Shown: positions 37,520 through 52,350 of the stretch, in pieces | How positions within the stretch are numbered: position 1 is the stretch's first letter | How the letters are laid out: each line of letters opens with the position of its first letter | Source: Octopus sinensis | Taxonomy: Eukaryota | Assembly: GCF_006345805.1 (NCBI RefSeq) | Contig: NW_021835504.1 | Span: forward strand, 2,599-66,598 | DNA length: 64,000 nucleotides | Direction: 5' to 3' | Notes under the pieces: generated by a model | What the model was told of the DNA's origin: nothing | Database searches by the model: none | What the model saw: the letters and a program-made list of their open reading frames with translations, nothing else | Program-made: the position numbers and the translations under genes

Positions 37520-38086
37520 ACGTGGGGGGTGATGGCAAAATATAGACCTTTAATTTTAAGAATAGCAAATTATATTTATAACCTACATTTATATTTTTCT
37601 AAATCTGCTAAAAGAACTTTAAAAATAGTTTACTAACGTACACGTGCACTCATACATGTATACATAATTACATACACGTATACACACACACACACACATT
37701 TATATATATGTATATATATACACACACATGCATATACATATGTTTATATATATAGTATATGTAAATATATATATATAACGTGATGCATATATATATATAT
37801 ATATATGCATGCATATATACACATTGATATATATAAACCCATACATATATATATGTATATATATCTATGTATATATACAAATATATGTATATACGTATAC
37901 ATTTATGAGTGTGTGTTTATAGTGTGGGGGTGATGTATTGGCTAATCGATTGAGAGGGACGTAAAAGCGTGTTTGTTAGTTTTAAATTATAATGTATCTA
38001 AGTACAAAATATAATATTACTCGGATTATTTAGCGATCAATCTTAGGAAGTCAATAATTTTATTTCGAATCAATATGTCTGATATA

Positions 38087-38495
38087 TACTCTTTTACTCT
38101 TTTACTCTTTTACTTGTTTCAGTCATTTCACTGCGGCCATGCTGGAGCACCACCTTTAATCGAGCAACTCGACCCCGGGACTTATTCTTTGTAAGCCCAG
38201 TACTTATTCTATCGGGTCTTTTGCCGAACCGCTAAGTGACGGGGACATAAACACACCAGCATCGGTTGTCAAGCAACGCTAGGGGGACAAACACAGACAC
38301 ACAAACACACACGCTCATATAATATATACATATATACGACGGGCTTCTTTCAGTTTCCGTCTACCAAATCCACTCACAAGGCTTTGGTCGGCCCGAGGCT
38401 AAAGTAGAAGACACTTGCCCAAGGTGCCACGCAGTGGGTCTGAACCCGGAACCATGTGGCTGGTAAGCAAGCTACTTACCACACAGCCACTGCTG
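38087..38495 (-). mobile_element. SINE family C, full length, well preserved
   Basis: (TACTCTTT)3 tail, complete body and head. Confidence 0.95.
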
Positions 38496-38762
38496 GCACA
38501 AAACATATCTTCATTATGTTACTAAAAGTTGAATAAAGGAACATAATTATATTTTTAAAAAGCTATTGTTATAAAAGACGTTAGATACGTCTTTATCTGA
38601 ATATAAAACACATGCTTTCTGCAGTTTAGAGATTCTATGTAATTATATATATGAATATCAAGGGGTATTTCCGTTATGCAAGGCGTTTAGCAAAGAGCTC
38701 CATAAAAAAGAGGCAAAAACAAGTTTAATTGGGTAATTAAATGATATAATAATAATAATAAA

Positions 38763-39107
38763 TGCGCCCTTTTAAAACCTAGCCAGGCTCATGGGCCCGG
38801 TTTCCCGGTTTCAGTGGCATATGTGTTCCCCAGCTGGACGTGCAAGTGGCTGAGCACTCCACAGACACGTGTATCCCTTAACGTAGTTCTTGAGGTATTT
38901 CAGCGTGACACAGAGTGTGACAAGGCCGGCCTTTTGAAATACAGGTACAACAGAAACAGGAAGAAACAGCGAGAGAAAGTTGTGGTGAAAGAGTACAGCA
39001 GGGTTCACCCCCCCCCCCGCCGGAGCCTCGTAGAGCTTTAGGTGTTTTCGCTCAATAAACACTCACAACAGTCTGGGAATCGAAACAACTGGGCAATTGT
39101 GCCTCCA
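38763..39107 (-). mobile_element. Chimeric SINE: family A body with family E 3' end
   Basis: Switch at ~38838-38841 (CAGCTGGACG|TGCAAGTGGCTGAG). Confidence 0.85.
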
Positions 39108-39125
39108 ACTATTACGGATAAATTA

Positions 39126-39418
39126 GGCGTAGGAGTGGCTGTGTGGTAAGGAGGTTGCTTACCAACCGGTGCATTGTATCCTTGCTCAAGACAATTTATT
39201 TCACGTTACTCCTGTCTACTCAGCTGGCGGAAATGAGTAGAACTTGCATTTCAAGGAGCCCGCCTTGTCACATTCTGTGTCTCACTGAATCTCTCTAAGA
39301 ACCAAATCAAGGGTATTTATGTCTGTGGAATACTCAGCCACTTCGACGTTAATTTCACAAGCAGGTTGTTCCATTGATTGGATCAACTGGAACCCTCCTC
39401 GTCGTAACTGACGGAGTC
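39126..39418 (+). mobile_element. Chimeric SINE: family C head (39126-39167) joined to family D body and tail
   Basis: GGCGTAGGAGTGGCTGTGTGGTAAG..GCTTACCAACC is followed by CAAGACAATTTATTTCACG...CGTCGTAACTGACGGAGT. Confidence 0.8.
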
Positions 39419-39622
39419 TCTCTTTTGTAGAAGCATAAGCAATTTATTTGAAAGACTATCGCGTGGCTTGATGGTTACGGTGTTGTACTCGCGAACGTGT
39501 GGTCGGTGTTTCGATTCCCGGACCAGGCGTTCTGTTGTGTTTTTGAGCAAAACACTTCATTTCAAGTTGTTCTAGTTCACTCAACACTAGATATGTAACA
39601 TTGTGACAGATTGGCGAACAAG

Positions 39623-39676
39623 GGTGAGATGTTGACCCTAGGTGAGATGTTGACCCAAGGTGAGATGTTGACCCTA
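39623..39676 (+). repeat. 18-bp tandem repeat x3 (GGTGAGATGTTGACCC(T/A)A)
   Basis: Directly visible. Confidence 0.9.
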
Positions 39677-39940
39677 ATTGAACAAGGGGGAGATGATGTC
39701 TTGCGTGCCACGTTTTGTACTCAGCGATCGAAATGATGACTAGTGTAACCTGTATTGTGAATCCCGACTGACTGGGATTAGTTGTTCAACAACATCGAAT
39801 GATGAATAATGAATGAATGAATGAATGAATGAATGGATGAAGGAATGAATGAATGAAGGAATGAAAGACCAGCTGAGAATTAGAAACCACTTTCAGTTAA
39901 CGGATCCAAACGAGGCTTGACATCGAGAATGATATTATGC

Positions 39941-40087
39941 ATTACATAAAAAGTAAAGTGATTTGTTACAGATGGCCACATGTTCAGCTCTGAATTGGCT
40001 TATCAAACAAATGAATTATTCATTTGAAAAGCTCAGGCACAGCGAAACATATGGCCATCTGTAACGAATCACTTTATTTAATGTAAT
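39941..40087. repeat. ~147-bp imperfect palindrome (MITE-like or hairpin RNA candidate)
   Basis: AAAGTGATTTGTTACAGATGGCCACATGTT pairs with AACATATGGCCATCTGTAACGAATCACTTT. Inner CAAATGAA/TTCATTTG stem. Confidence 0.85.
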
Positions 40088-40408
40088 ATACATATATATT
40101 TATGTGTGTGTGTGTGTGTGTATGCGTATATGTGTGTGTGGTGTGTGTGTATACACTTACAGATCACTCCTCTCATTTATATATGATCATATAACATGAC
40201 GAGGATGAGAGAACTAAAGTAAAATGTCCAGGAAGGATATATGATGTGTGTTTGCGAAATGTATAAGCATGTTACTTGCGTGCGTATATATATGATTGTG
40301 TATGTGATATGATGCGTGTGTTTATATATATGTGAATGTTTGTGCATGTTTATATTTATGTGTGTATGTCCACAGTATATTATTTATGCACACATCTTTG
40401 TGAATATT

Positions 40409-40455
<47 letters not shown>

Positions 40456-40914
40456 TGTCCAAATGCGTACGTGTTTGCTTGTATGTTTATGTCTCTGTGT
40501 GTGAGTGTATGTGTGTGCTTTTGTGTTTTTTTGATATGTGTACGTATGTAGCATGGGATGTGAGTGACACACACACATACATACACACACGTAAACACAC
40601 ACATAAGCACACACACACATACATACAGAGAGAGAAAGAGAGAATATGAAGAAGTGGTAAGTTCTTATGTATATATGTCAGTTTGTGCCTGTTTGGTTGT
40701 ATGTGTATGCGTATGTGTACGATGTGTATGCATGTGCATTTTACTTGTATGTGTACGAATGTGACATCGTGTGTATGTGTATGTGTGTGTGTGAGTGAAA
40801 TGCTGTTGTTTCGTCGGCCATTTTGTTCTATTGCAGATAATCGCCATATTATATGACAGAAATATTCATTAGCCCCTGGGGAGATGAAACATAAAAAAGG
40901 TATGTTTTATCTCA

Positions 40915-43617
40915 GCTATCACCACCACCACCACCACAACCATCACAACCACCACCACAACTATCACCACCACCACCACCACGATCTCCACCGCCACAAC
41001 CATCACCACCATCTGCGTCACAACCACCACCACCTTCACCACCACCACCATCACCACCACTACCACCACCACCACCACCACCATCACCACAATTTCCATC
41101 GCCACCACTAACATTACCCTCACCACCACCACCACCACAACCACTACTAATTCTGTATCACCACTACCACTATCATCATTCCAATCACCATTGCAACCAT
41201 CGCTAGCACCACAAACACTACAACCGTAACCATCACTAACACCACAACCACCACCATCAACACATATCAACATTATAACTATTATCATCACTGCTACCAC
41301 AACCGACACAACCAAAACTACCACCTACACTAGCACCTTACCTCTACAACCATTACTGTTTTCAACACTACAACCACAACCATCAACATCATCACTATGA
41401 ACATAATCACTACCAGCACCACTAAGACTACCGCCTAAACTACCACCAATGGTACCACTACTACTACAAACATCACTATTGCCATCAGCACTACCGCCAA
41501 TACTAATACAACTACCCACTGTACTACCATCGCCATCACAACAACAAACCATCGCTACCACCACCGTTACAACATCACCACTCCCTCCTTACACCATGTC
41601 AACAACCACCACTACCATCACTAGCATTACCACGACCAGCACCACTAACTCCGTCCCAACAGTTATTAGTATCGTCACCATGACCATCACTAGTGAAACT
41701 GACTTTACTGCTACAGCCATTAATACCGTCACCACTGACACCAATACCATTATTATAATCAAATGCATCTTACCACGGTATATTCGACCACGAACGCTAG
41801 CAGGAAAACCACCACCGACACAGCCCACATCGCCGCCACTACTACGACCTGAACCACCGGCAATACTTATACCAATACCCACGCCACCACAACAATTATA
41901 CCACCACCCCCGTCACCGTTACCATCGCAACTACAACCTCCGCCTTCATCACCATCACAGCCATCACTATCACCATCATCACCACCGTTATCACACCACC
42001 ACCAGCGTCACCTGCTTCACCGGCACCATCACCACCATCACCACCATCAGCACCAGCAATACCATCACTACTACCACCAACACGTCCGGAATCACTACCA
42101 CCACCATAACTCCCTCACTATCACCATCCGTCACCACGCTTACCAACACTGCTACCATCACCACTACCACCACCACAACCATCATCATTACCACCACGAA
42201 AATCACCACCACCACCACCACCATTGCAATTACTACAACTATCACCGTAACTATCACATATACTATAGCATATACCACCATCACCACAGCCAATACAATT
42301 ACGACCACCTTTACCTATAGCCGTGGTACCCTCATACTACCACCACTACCACCACCAGCATTACCAGCATCACTGCCACCATCACCGCCATCAGACACAC
42401 ACACAAACACCATACACAAACACACACACATACACACACACATACAACACACACCTACACACACACACACACATACACAAACACACACACACACACACAC
42501 ATACAAAAACACACACACACAACACACATACACACACACACATACACACACACACACACATACACACACACATACCACACACATACCACACACACCATCA
42601 CACACACCAACACACACATCCACCCGACAACCAACACACAGCACACACACAGCACACACACATACACAAAACATACACCACACACACATACACACACCAC
42701 ACACACATACACACACACACACACACTGAAATACAGAAACACACACATGCACACACTTCCGGTGGATTTTACTGCCTGGTATAGATTAAGAGAACAGGTA
42801 AAGATAAACTGATCCACACACAGAAGCCACCACCACACACACACACTGTACACACATACTTAATACACACACATACACATACACATACATACAAACACAT
42901 ATATAAACATACACGAACGTGCATACACATGCATACACAAGCGTATATCAACACACAGACACACACACACACATATATATACCCGTTCACAGACACACAT
43001 ACAACTGCAAAACTATGCATACACACACACGCAGACACACACACACACACGAGCACACGACACAGATATACAAATACATACCTATACGCCCTAAAACATG
43101 CGTAAACTTAACACTGATGTATACACATGCATACATACATACATACATACATACATACATACATACATACATACATACAGCATGCATAGTTTACATATAC
43201 AACATGCATACATACATACAATACATACATACATACATGCATACATAAAATACTAAAAAAACATCCATACATACTACATACATACTACATACATACATAC
43301 ACACATACAAAAATACATACATACATACATACATACATAAATACATACATACATCATACATTACATACATAAAGCATACATACATACATACATACATACA
43401 TGCATACATACATACATACATACATACATACATACATACATGAAAGATACATACAAGACATGCATATATACATACACGCATGCATACATGCATACATTCA
43501 TACATACATGCATATATAAATGTGTATAATATATATATACATATTTATACATACATATCATTCATATATATTAAATATTCATATTTATACTTTCATAGCT
43601 TACATATGCACACATAT

Positions 43618-43665
<48 letters not shown>

Positions 43666-44702
43666 ACACCACACATACACACATACACACACAGAGAGAC
43701 ATACATTCAGATATATATATATAAATACAGACACACATGCATACATATTTAGTTCCACACACATTCACCTGTACTCAATGATGAACATATATATACACAC
43801 ACAAATACAGACACAAATACACGCACACACACATACACACACGCATAACACACACACACACATAAACTATATATATATATATATATATATAAAGTATGTA
43901 CACATGTACATAACTACACACTCTTACACATAAGTTCATGTGTACACACACATGTTCAGTTACACACACACGCAGACACACACACAGTCGATACACACGT
44001 ACACATACACAAGCAAGCGCATACCCATACACACATAAGCAGAGTGTGTATACAAACACATACGCACACACATACATGGACTGACGCATTATTATACACA
44101 CGTTATCCTATGACCAGACCTGTATCCAATTGCATACACACACATAAACGCAAACATGCATGCACACACACATGCACACATACACACACATACTCAAGCA
44201 CACACACACGCACGCGCACACCACACACACACACACTCGTACCCACACGCTCACTTACGTGTAAAAACACACATTCGCAAGCACTTCTCCATCACAACAC
44301 CACCGCCACCCACCACTCCACCACCACCACCACCACTACCATCACCTCTACATTGTCACTACCATCGCCATCACCTCCGCCACAACCACTACAACCATCA
44401 CCACCAACACATATACGGAAACATACCCATGTATATATATATATTTATATATATATATATATATATTCTTTTGTTTCAGTCATTTCACTGTGGCCATGCT
44501 GGAGGAGCGCCTTTAGTCGAGTATACACTGCATAAACACAACCCCACACGTCCATACATTGACACACACATACACGTATACACACATACACACACACAGA
44601 GGCACACATTTGCACATAGACATCATAAACGTATATTCATAGAAGCAACATAACATACACACATGTACACGCACGCAGTTACACACGCACATGCACTAAG
44701 AC

Positions 44703-44733
<31 letters not shown>

Positions 44734-44961
44734 GTACGCACTGAAACATGTATCCCCACTCGCATGCATACTCATTCATACACACACACATACTAATTCA
44801 CACACACACACACACACACACACAAGCCCCGACACGCACACGATAGCATATACAAACAGCAAAGTACACATACGCACACACATAGAAGCACAATACACAC
44901 TCACATGCACACACTCACACATACACATGTACACGATTACATTCAAAATTACATAACATAC

Positions 44962-45010
<49 letters not shown>

Positions 45011-45100
45011 TGAAACACATAACCACACACATAACATAACACATATACATACATATACACACTAAAACACAGCCATACTCATATACATAAACGCCAACAC
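40915..45100 (+). repeat. Compound (ACC/CAT)n, (CA)n and (CATA)n low-complexity domain
   Basis: Directly visible. Source of the Thr/His-rich ORFs. Confidence 0.9.
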
Positions 45101-45962
45101 AGATACATCTACAAAACAATGAATAACAATGACCCTTCCTTTTTTGTGGAAGAGATAAATGTTTTGGGTTTTTTTGGTAAAAAGAGAAACGAAAAGAAAC
45201 CATAAACGGAACATCAACACAGCTACACACACACACATATACATACACAAATATGCATATAGATATATAGGAACGTCCACGCATCATCCACATTCGCTTA
45301 CACAATCCCATAATCCTCTCCCGGTGTCCCCGACATCCGCCATCACCCCGAACGGTTTTAGTATACATGAAAAGCAAGCAGTAGGACAACAGCCCTAAAA
45401 AAAGCACAACAAATAAACAAATAAAACATATATATGTGTATGTATGTATGTATGTATGTATGTATGTATGTATGTATTGTATGTATGTATGTATGTATGT
45501 ATGCATGTATGTATGTATACATAGATACATATACTTCTTTGTGTGTGAGTATATATATATATATATTTATATATGGATTATATATGGAAACACCTCATAT
45601 ATATATATACACATAGGTAGGCATATATATGTATTATATGTGTGTCGGTGTATATGGATATATATATGTGTGCATACGTGTAAATATATGGATAAGTATA
45701 TATACGTATCAATTATTGGACACTGGCATATATATAGATGTATATATATATATATATATACGTGTATGTGTTATGATATATATGTGTGTTATATATATAT
45801 ATATATATAATATATATATTATATATATAGATATTAGATATATATATATACAACACGCATACACGTGAACACACACATGTAAATATACATATATTGTGTG
45901 TATATATGCATGTTACATACGTACACACACCGCATATGTATATATGCATACCTACATACCTA

Positions 45963-45993
<31 letters not shown>

Positions 45994-46662
45994 GTATATA
46001 TATTGTATTTTTATGTGTTCTATGTGTATTTTATGTACAAATACATATGCATGCCCTTGTATACAAATATATGACAGATAAATCCCCAAAATTGCAAGAA
46101 CAATATCAACAACAGAAAGAAAATAGATAAAAAAATAACAACATATATATTAAACGTAATATATAGATGGAAACAAATAAATAAATAAAATAAAGCATAT
46201 CATCTCCCCTTATAAGGAAAACCAAATTTAGGTGTGCAATGAGTCGGAAAAACAGTTACACATCAGCGTCGACACGCCATGTTCATATACAGGAGAGAGA
46301 AGCGTTTGGACTGACGCATGCGCACACACATACACACTGCACATCACCTCCATAAACAGAGACGACATTATCATCATAGCATGGAGCTTTACAAGCGAGC
46401 GTTATATAACAGTGAGAGCGCGTGTGTGCGTGCATGTGTAAGTGTGTGCGGCTGTGTGTGTGTGTGTGTGTGTGTGTGTAGGATGTGTTTTATATATATA
46501 TATGCGTGTGTGTGTGTCTGCGTAAATTCATTTATATATACGAATATATACAAACGTATGTGTATGTGTAGAGTATAAATTTATCTATATATATGTGTAT
46601 ATATATATATGTATTATATATATAATATATTATATATATATATATATATATATAGATATATG

Positions 46663-46727
<65 letters not shown>

Positions 46728-47005
46728 GCGTGTATATTTAAATATATATATATTTATATAAATGCGTGTCTGTATTTATATATTAAAACTGTATAGGAAA
46801 TACATACACACACACCACATACACACACACACACAACACACAACACACACACACACATATATATATTATATATATATATGAATAATAAAGGTATGCACAT
46901 ATTCATACACACAGATACACGGTGTACTTGTATGCCTCTGTGTTCCTGTAAGCAAGCGTTTGTGTCTGTGTGGAATGTGTATTACACACACACACACACA
47001 CCCTA

Positions 47006-47044
<39 letters not shown>

Positions 47045-47311
47045 CATGTATATTTATTTATTTATTTATTTATTTATTTATGTACGTATGTATAAGAAGA
47101 AGGCGTAAAATAAGAGTAAAATAGCTGGAATCCCCACCAAATAACAAGCAATAAACAGTGATAAAAAGCGTAAAGAGGGACGAAAAGAAAATTAATAAAA
47201 TGGTGCTCGCGCGGAAATACGTTGGTGATAAGGAGCCGAGCATGAAAGGGTCAATTGCTGCTTGAGGTGTTGGCGATGATATGATAATCATAATAATAGT
47301 AATAATAGTAA

Positions 47312-47378
<67 letters not shown>

Positions 47379-47497
47379 TAATAATAATAATAATAATAAC
47401 TACAATTATCATAAATAATCATAATCATAAGGATAATAACTATAACGATTTCTGGTTTTATATATATACATACATATGTATATATCAAACAACACAT

Positions 47498-47528
<31 letters not shown>

Positions 47529-47542
47529 GCATATACATATAT

Positions 47543-47574
<32 letters not shown>

Positions 47575-48354
47575 ATCTATATATATATATATATATATAT
47601 ATGCATATACATATATACATGTATAGATATATATATATATATATATATATAATAGATATACATACATATATATGTGTATCTAAATAGACTTATACATATG
47701 TATATATGTGTGTATGTGTATATATATAGTATATATATATACTGTATATATATATATATATGTAATTATATATACGTACATATATATATATATGCGTATG
47801 TGTATATATATATGTGTATATATATATACATATATTGTGTGTGTGTGTACATATATATCTATATATATATATATAATATATATATAGTATATATGTATAT
47901 ATATATATTATATAATGAATATACGTGTCTATGAATAATAGCAGTAATAGTTTCTTACATAATAATGATAATAACGAAATAATATTAATATAAATGCTAA
48001 TAACAACAACAACAATACGACGAAAGAATGTGACGGTGGTATGGGTGATGGTGATGGTGATGATGATGATGATGATGATGAGAAGGAGGAGGAAGAGGAG
48101 GGGGGAAGAGGTGGGGAGGAAGGAGGTGAAGATGAAGAAGACTAACACCTTCTCAATCCTTAATTCATTGCAAGGTAACAACATCAACAATAACAACGAG
48201 TGCAGGAACAAGAATAACAACAACAACAACAACAAAAACAACAGCAGCAGTAGCCGCGGTAGCAGCAACAGAAATAACAAAATTTATTAAAAAAAACTTG
48301 CTCAACAAAATATTACAATGTTAAGAAATATTTATAAACAATTAAATCAAGTGA

Positions 48355-48858
48355 TGTACTTGTTGTTGTTGCTGCTGTTGGTGTTGATGTTGTTGGACAG
48401 CAACGGCGGAGGCGTTGGTGATGATGGTGTTGTGGTTGTTGTTGGTGGTGGTAGTGATGGTGGTGGTGGTGGTGGTGGTGTTGGTGATGGTGGTGGTGGT
48501 GATGGTGGTGGTAGTGGTGGTGATGGTGGTGGTGATGGTGGTGGAGGTGATGGTGGTGGTAGTGGTGGTGATGGTGGTGGTGGTGGTGGTGATGGTGGTG
48601 GTGGTGATGGTGGTGGAGGTGATGGTGGTGGTAGTGGTGTTGATGGTTGGTGGTTGTGTGTGGTGTGATGGTGGTGGTGGTGGTGGAGTGGTGGTGATGG
48701 TGGTGGAGGTGATGGTGGTGGTTGTGGTGGTGATGGTGGTGGTGAGTGGTGTGATGGTGGTGGTGGTGATGGTGGTGGAGGTGATGGTGGTGGTAGTGGT
48801 GGTGATGGTGGTGGTGGTGGTGGTGGTGGTGATGGTGGTGGTGGTGATGGTAGTGGTG

Positions 48859-48890
<32 letters not shown>

Positions 48891-50010
48891 GGAGGTGGTG
48901 GTGTTGGTGGTGCTTGTGTGGTGGTGCTTGTAGTGGTGGTGTTGGTGGTGGTGGTGGTGTTGGTGATGGTGGTGGTGCTTGTGGTGGTGGTGTTGGTGCT
49001 GGTGGTGCTGGTGGTAATGGCGGCGACGGTGCTGTTGTTGTTGTTGTTGTTGCTGTTGGTTAGCCACGAACTAATCTTTTTCCAGCAAGTCTATGATTAA
49101 AAGCATCCCACCCGTGACCACCTCGTCTTTGTCTTGCATCCACCCCACCCCCACACCCTACGTGCAAGAAAACCGGGTCTAAATTATTCAAAAAACCTTC
49201 ATTTCTGAAGTTGGCGAGGTTGTAATTCGAGTTAGATTTGGCTACTATGTTTAGCAGGTTGAGCTACCAAATTAAGGTTTCCTCCGATGGTTGCACTTGA
49301 AAAGGTCATAATATCGGTGGTGGAGATGGTGATGGTTGCGGTGGTGATCATCGTGGCGATGGTGATAGTAATGGTGATGATACTGGTGGAGGAGTTGATG
49401 GTAGTGATGGTGATGGTGGTGGTGGTGGTGCGAGGGAGGTGGTGGTGGTGAGGACGGTGGTGGGGATGGTGGTGAGGATTGCGATGACGATGGTGGCAGT
49501 GATGTTGGTGGTGGTGGTGGTGGTGGTGATTATGATGACGATGGTGGTGGTGATGATGGTGATGGTAGTGATAACGGTGATGATGGTGATGTTGGTGGTG
49601 ATGATGGTGATGGTGGTGGTGATGATGGTGGTGATGGTGGTGGTGATGGTGGTGGTGATGGTGGTGGTGGTCATATTGGTGATGGTATTGGTGGTGGAGT
49701 TGATGGTAGTGATGATGATGGTGATGGTGGTGGTTATGATGGTGGCGATGGTGGTGATGGTGGTAGTGGTAATGGTGGTCGTCGTCGTTGTCATGATATA
49801 ATGCATTTTGAGCCATTCATATTGTTGCTGTTGTTGTTGTTGTTATTGTTGTTGTTGTTGTTGTTGTTAGTAGTGGTGGTGGTGGTGGTGGTAGTGGTGC
49901 ATCAGTGTTGGCGGCAGTAATGTTGATGTGCTTGCTGGTGGTGCTGGTTGTAGTGGTGGTCGTGGTCGTGGTCGTGGTCGTGGCGGTGATGGTGGTGTAG
50001 TTGTGGTGGT
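48355..50010 (+). repeat. Compound (GGT/GAT/GTT)n low-complexity domain
   Basis: Directly visible. Confidence 0.9.
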
Positions 50011-50761
50011 CCTGTAACTATATATATATATAGATAGGAATATGACAGAGCTGTTAGTGTCAAGGTATTGGGAGTGGGACGGGGTGGGGGCGGATAAGAG
50101 GGTGTGGAATGGGGTTAGTATGTGGTGACGGCAAGGAATGTTACAGGGCCCTCACGTGCACTCACACGACACACACACACACAAACACACACACACACCC
50201 TCTTCAGCCACCTATCTCATCACTCCACCCCCACCCGACGTCCACCTACCCCTCACCCCCACCCCCAACACAAAAAAAAACCCATCCAGTCTCTCTCAGA
50301 AAACGATACATACATGATGGAAGACACTTTCAATTATGAACCGAAATTACGAATCGTAGATTTCAATTAAGATTCACAGAACATCACACGTGTGCCATTC
50401 GAACACCCGAACACCCGCCCCACGCCCCACGCGCCGCATCGCGTCACACCACCCCACGCCAAGCTGCACATTACGCCACATCACACTTATCTAGGTCCTT
50501 CCCTTCCAGCAGCAACAACAAACAAAACAAATCAACATAAAAAAAAAAAAAAACCGAAAAAATTCACACCAAATTCCACCCCGACACGCCATGCGACGCC
50601 ACGCCCGACCCTACCCCGCAGTGTCCCTCCCGTGTAGACTGTACTCGTTATCATATTACATGCACCCACAATTCAATGAGGGTGTTTCTCCGCGTGGTTG
50701 TTTGATCTGCTGGAAATAGCAGCCAAATCTATCTTAAAGCTATCTTAAATCGCAGCCTACC

Positions 50762-50989
50762 TATTTCTTTATTACCCACAAGGGGCTAAAGACAGAGGGG
50801 ACAAACAAGGACAGACATAGGTATTAAGTCGATTACATCGACCCCAGTGCGTAACTGGTACTTAATTTATCGACCCCGAAAGGATGAAAGGCAAAGTCAA
50901 CCTCGGCGGAATTTGAACTCACAACGTAACGACAGACGAAATACCGCTAAGCATTTCATCCGGCGTGCTAACGTTTCTGCCAGCTCGCC
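50762..50989 (-). mobile_element. SINE family B inserted in satellite unit 1
   Basis: TSD CAGCCTACC at 50753-50761 and 50990-50998. Confidence 0.95.
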
Positions 50990-51558
50990 CAGCCTACCGT
51001 CTTAAAGACTAATGACTTATTTACTAATGTGGATTTATATGGATTAAAGTATTAACACTGATTGGTGGGGAAAAGATGTATTAACGTGGATGCATTTATC
51101 TGGTCACTCGATCTGCTAGAAATAGCAGTCAAATCTACCTTAAATGACACCCTACCGTCTTAATAAGTAACGATATATCTGATAAAGTGGATTTATATGG
51201 ATTAAGAAATAATACTGATTGGTGGAAAGGGGAAAAGAAAGATGGATTTACAGCGAGGATGCATCGACGTGGTTGTTTGATATGCTAGAAATAGCAGCCA
51301 AATCTACATTAAATCACACAAGCCACCGTCTTAAAGAATAAGACATAAATAATAATGTGGATTTATATGGATTAAGGCGTTAACACTGATTGGTGGAGGT
51401 GGGGAGGAAAAACGAAAGATGGTTTTATAACGAGGATGCATCGACGGGGGTCACTAGATTTGCTAGAAATAGTAACTAAATCTACCATCTTAAAGAGTGA
51501 CAATATATTTGATGATATGGATTTTTATGGATTAAGGCATTAACAGTGATTGATGGGG

Positions 51559-51947
51559 GGGGGGGGGAAACACTCCGTCGGTTACGACGACGAGGGTTCC
51601 GGTTGATCCGAATCAACGGAACAGCCTGCTCGTGAAATTAACGTGTAAGTGGTTGAGCACTCCACAGACACGTGTACCCTTGACGTAGTTCTCGGGGATA
51701 TTCAGCGTGACACAGAGAGTGACAAGGCGGGCCCCTTGAAATACAGTACAACAGAAACAGGAAGTAAGAGTGAGAGAAAGTTGTGGTGAAATAGTACAGC
51801 AGGATCACCACCACCCTCTGCCGGAGCCTCGTGGTGCTTTAGGTGTTTTCGCTCAATAAACACTCACAACACCCGGTCTGGGAATCGAAACCGCGATCCT
51901 ATGACCGCGAGTCCGCTGCCCTAACCACTGGGCCATTGCGCCTCCAC
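51559..51947 (-). mobile_element. SINE family A inserted in satellite unit 4
   Basis: TSD TGATTGATGGGG at 51547-51558 and 51948-51959. Confidence 0.95.
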
Positions 51948-52248
51948 TGATTGATGGGGAACGAATAAAGAAAGCCGGCTTTACAATGAAGATGCATGCC
52001 TCTACATGGTTGCTATATCTGCCAGAAATAGCAGCCAAATCTATCTTAAACATACCATCCTGACTTAAAGAATAACGAGATATTCGATAATGTAGATTTA
52101 TGTGGATTTAGACACACCACTGATTGACAAACAAAAAGCAAAGAAAGATAAAAATAAACCCGAGATACTCAAGACTGGAACGTGTTTCCTCATAGGCTTT
52201 TTTAGAAGAGGGCTCATTCGAAGTTAAACAATAACGACAACAACAACA

Positions 52249-52350
52249 AAGTACCAGTTTCGTACTGGGGTCGATATAATCGACTTAATGCGTTTGTCTG
52301 TCCTTGTTTGTCCCTTCTATGTTTATCCCCTTGTGGGTAGTAAAGAAATA
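52249..52350 (+). mobile_element. SINE B 3' half
   Basis: AAGTACCAG...CCCCTTGTGGGTAGTAAAGAAATA. Confidence 0.85.

Larger units (their letters stand above)
50694..52126 (+). repeat. Diverged ~170-bp tandem satellite, 5 units, with two SINE insertions
   Basis: TGC.AGAAATAGCAGCCAAATCTA...GTGGATTTATATGGATTAAG...ACACTGATTG recurs at ~50694, 51101, 51269, 51449 and 52006. Confidence 0.9.

Noticed and set aside
41449-42729. 426-aa Thr/His-rich mucin-like ORF
   Set aside because: Translation of degenerate (ACC)n running into (CA)n. Open frames are expected in stop-free repeats, and there is no domain or splice evidence.
48342-49816. His-, Gly- and Thr-rich ORFs
   Set aside because: Translations of (GGT/GAT)n microsatellites.
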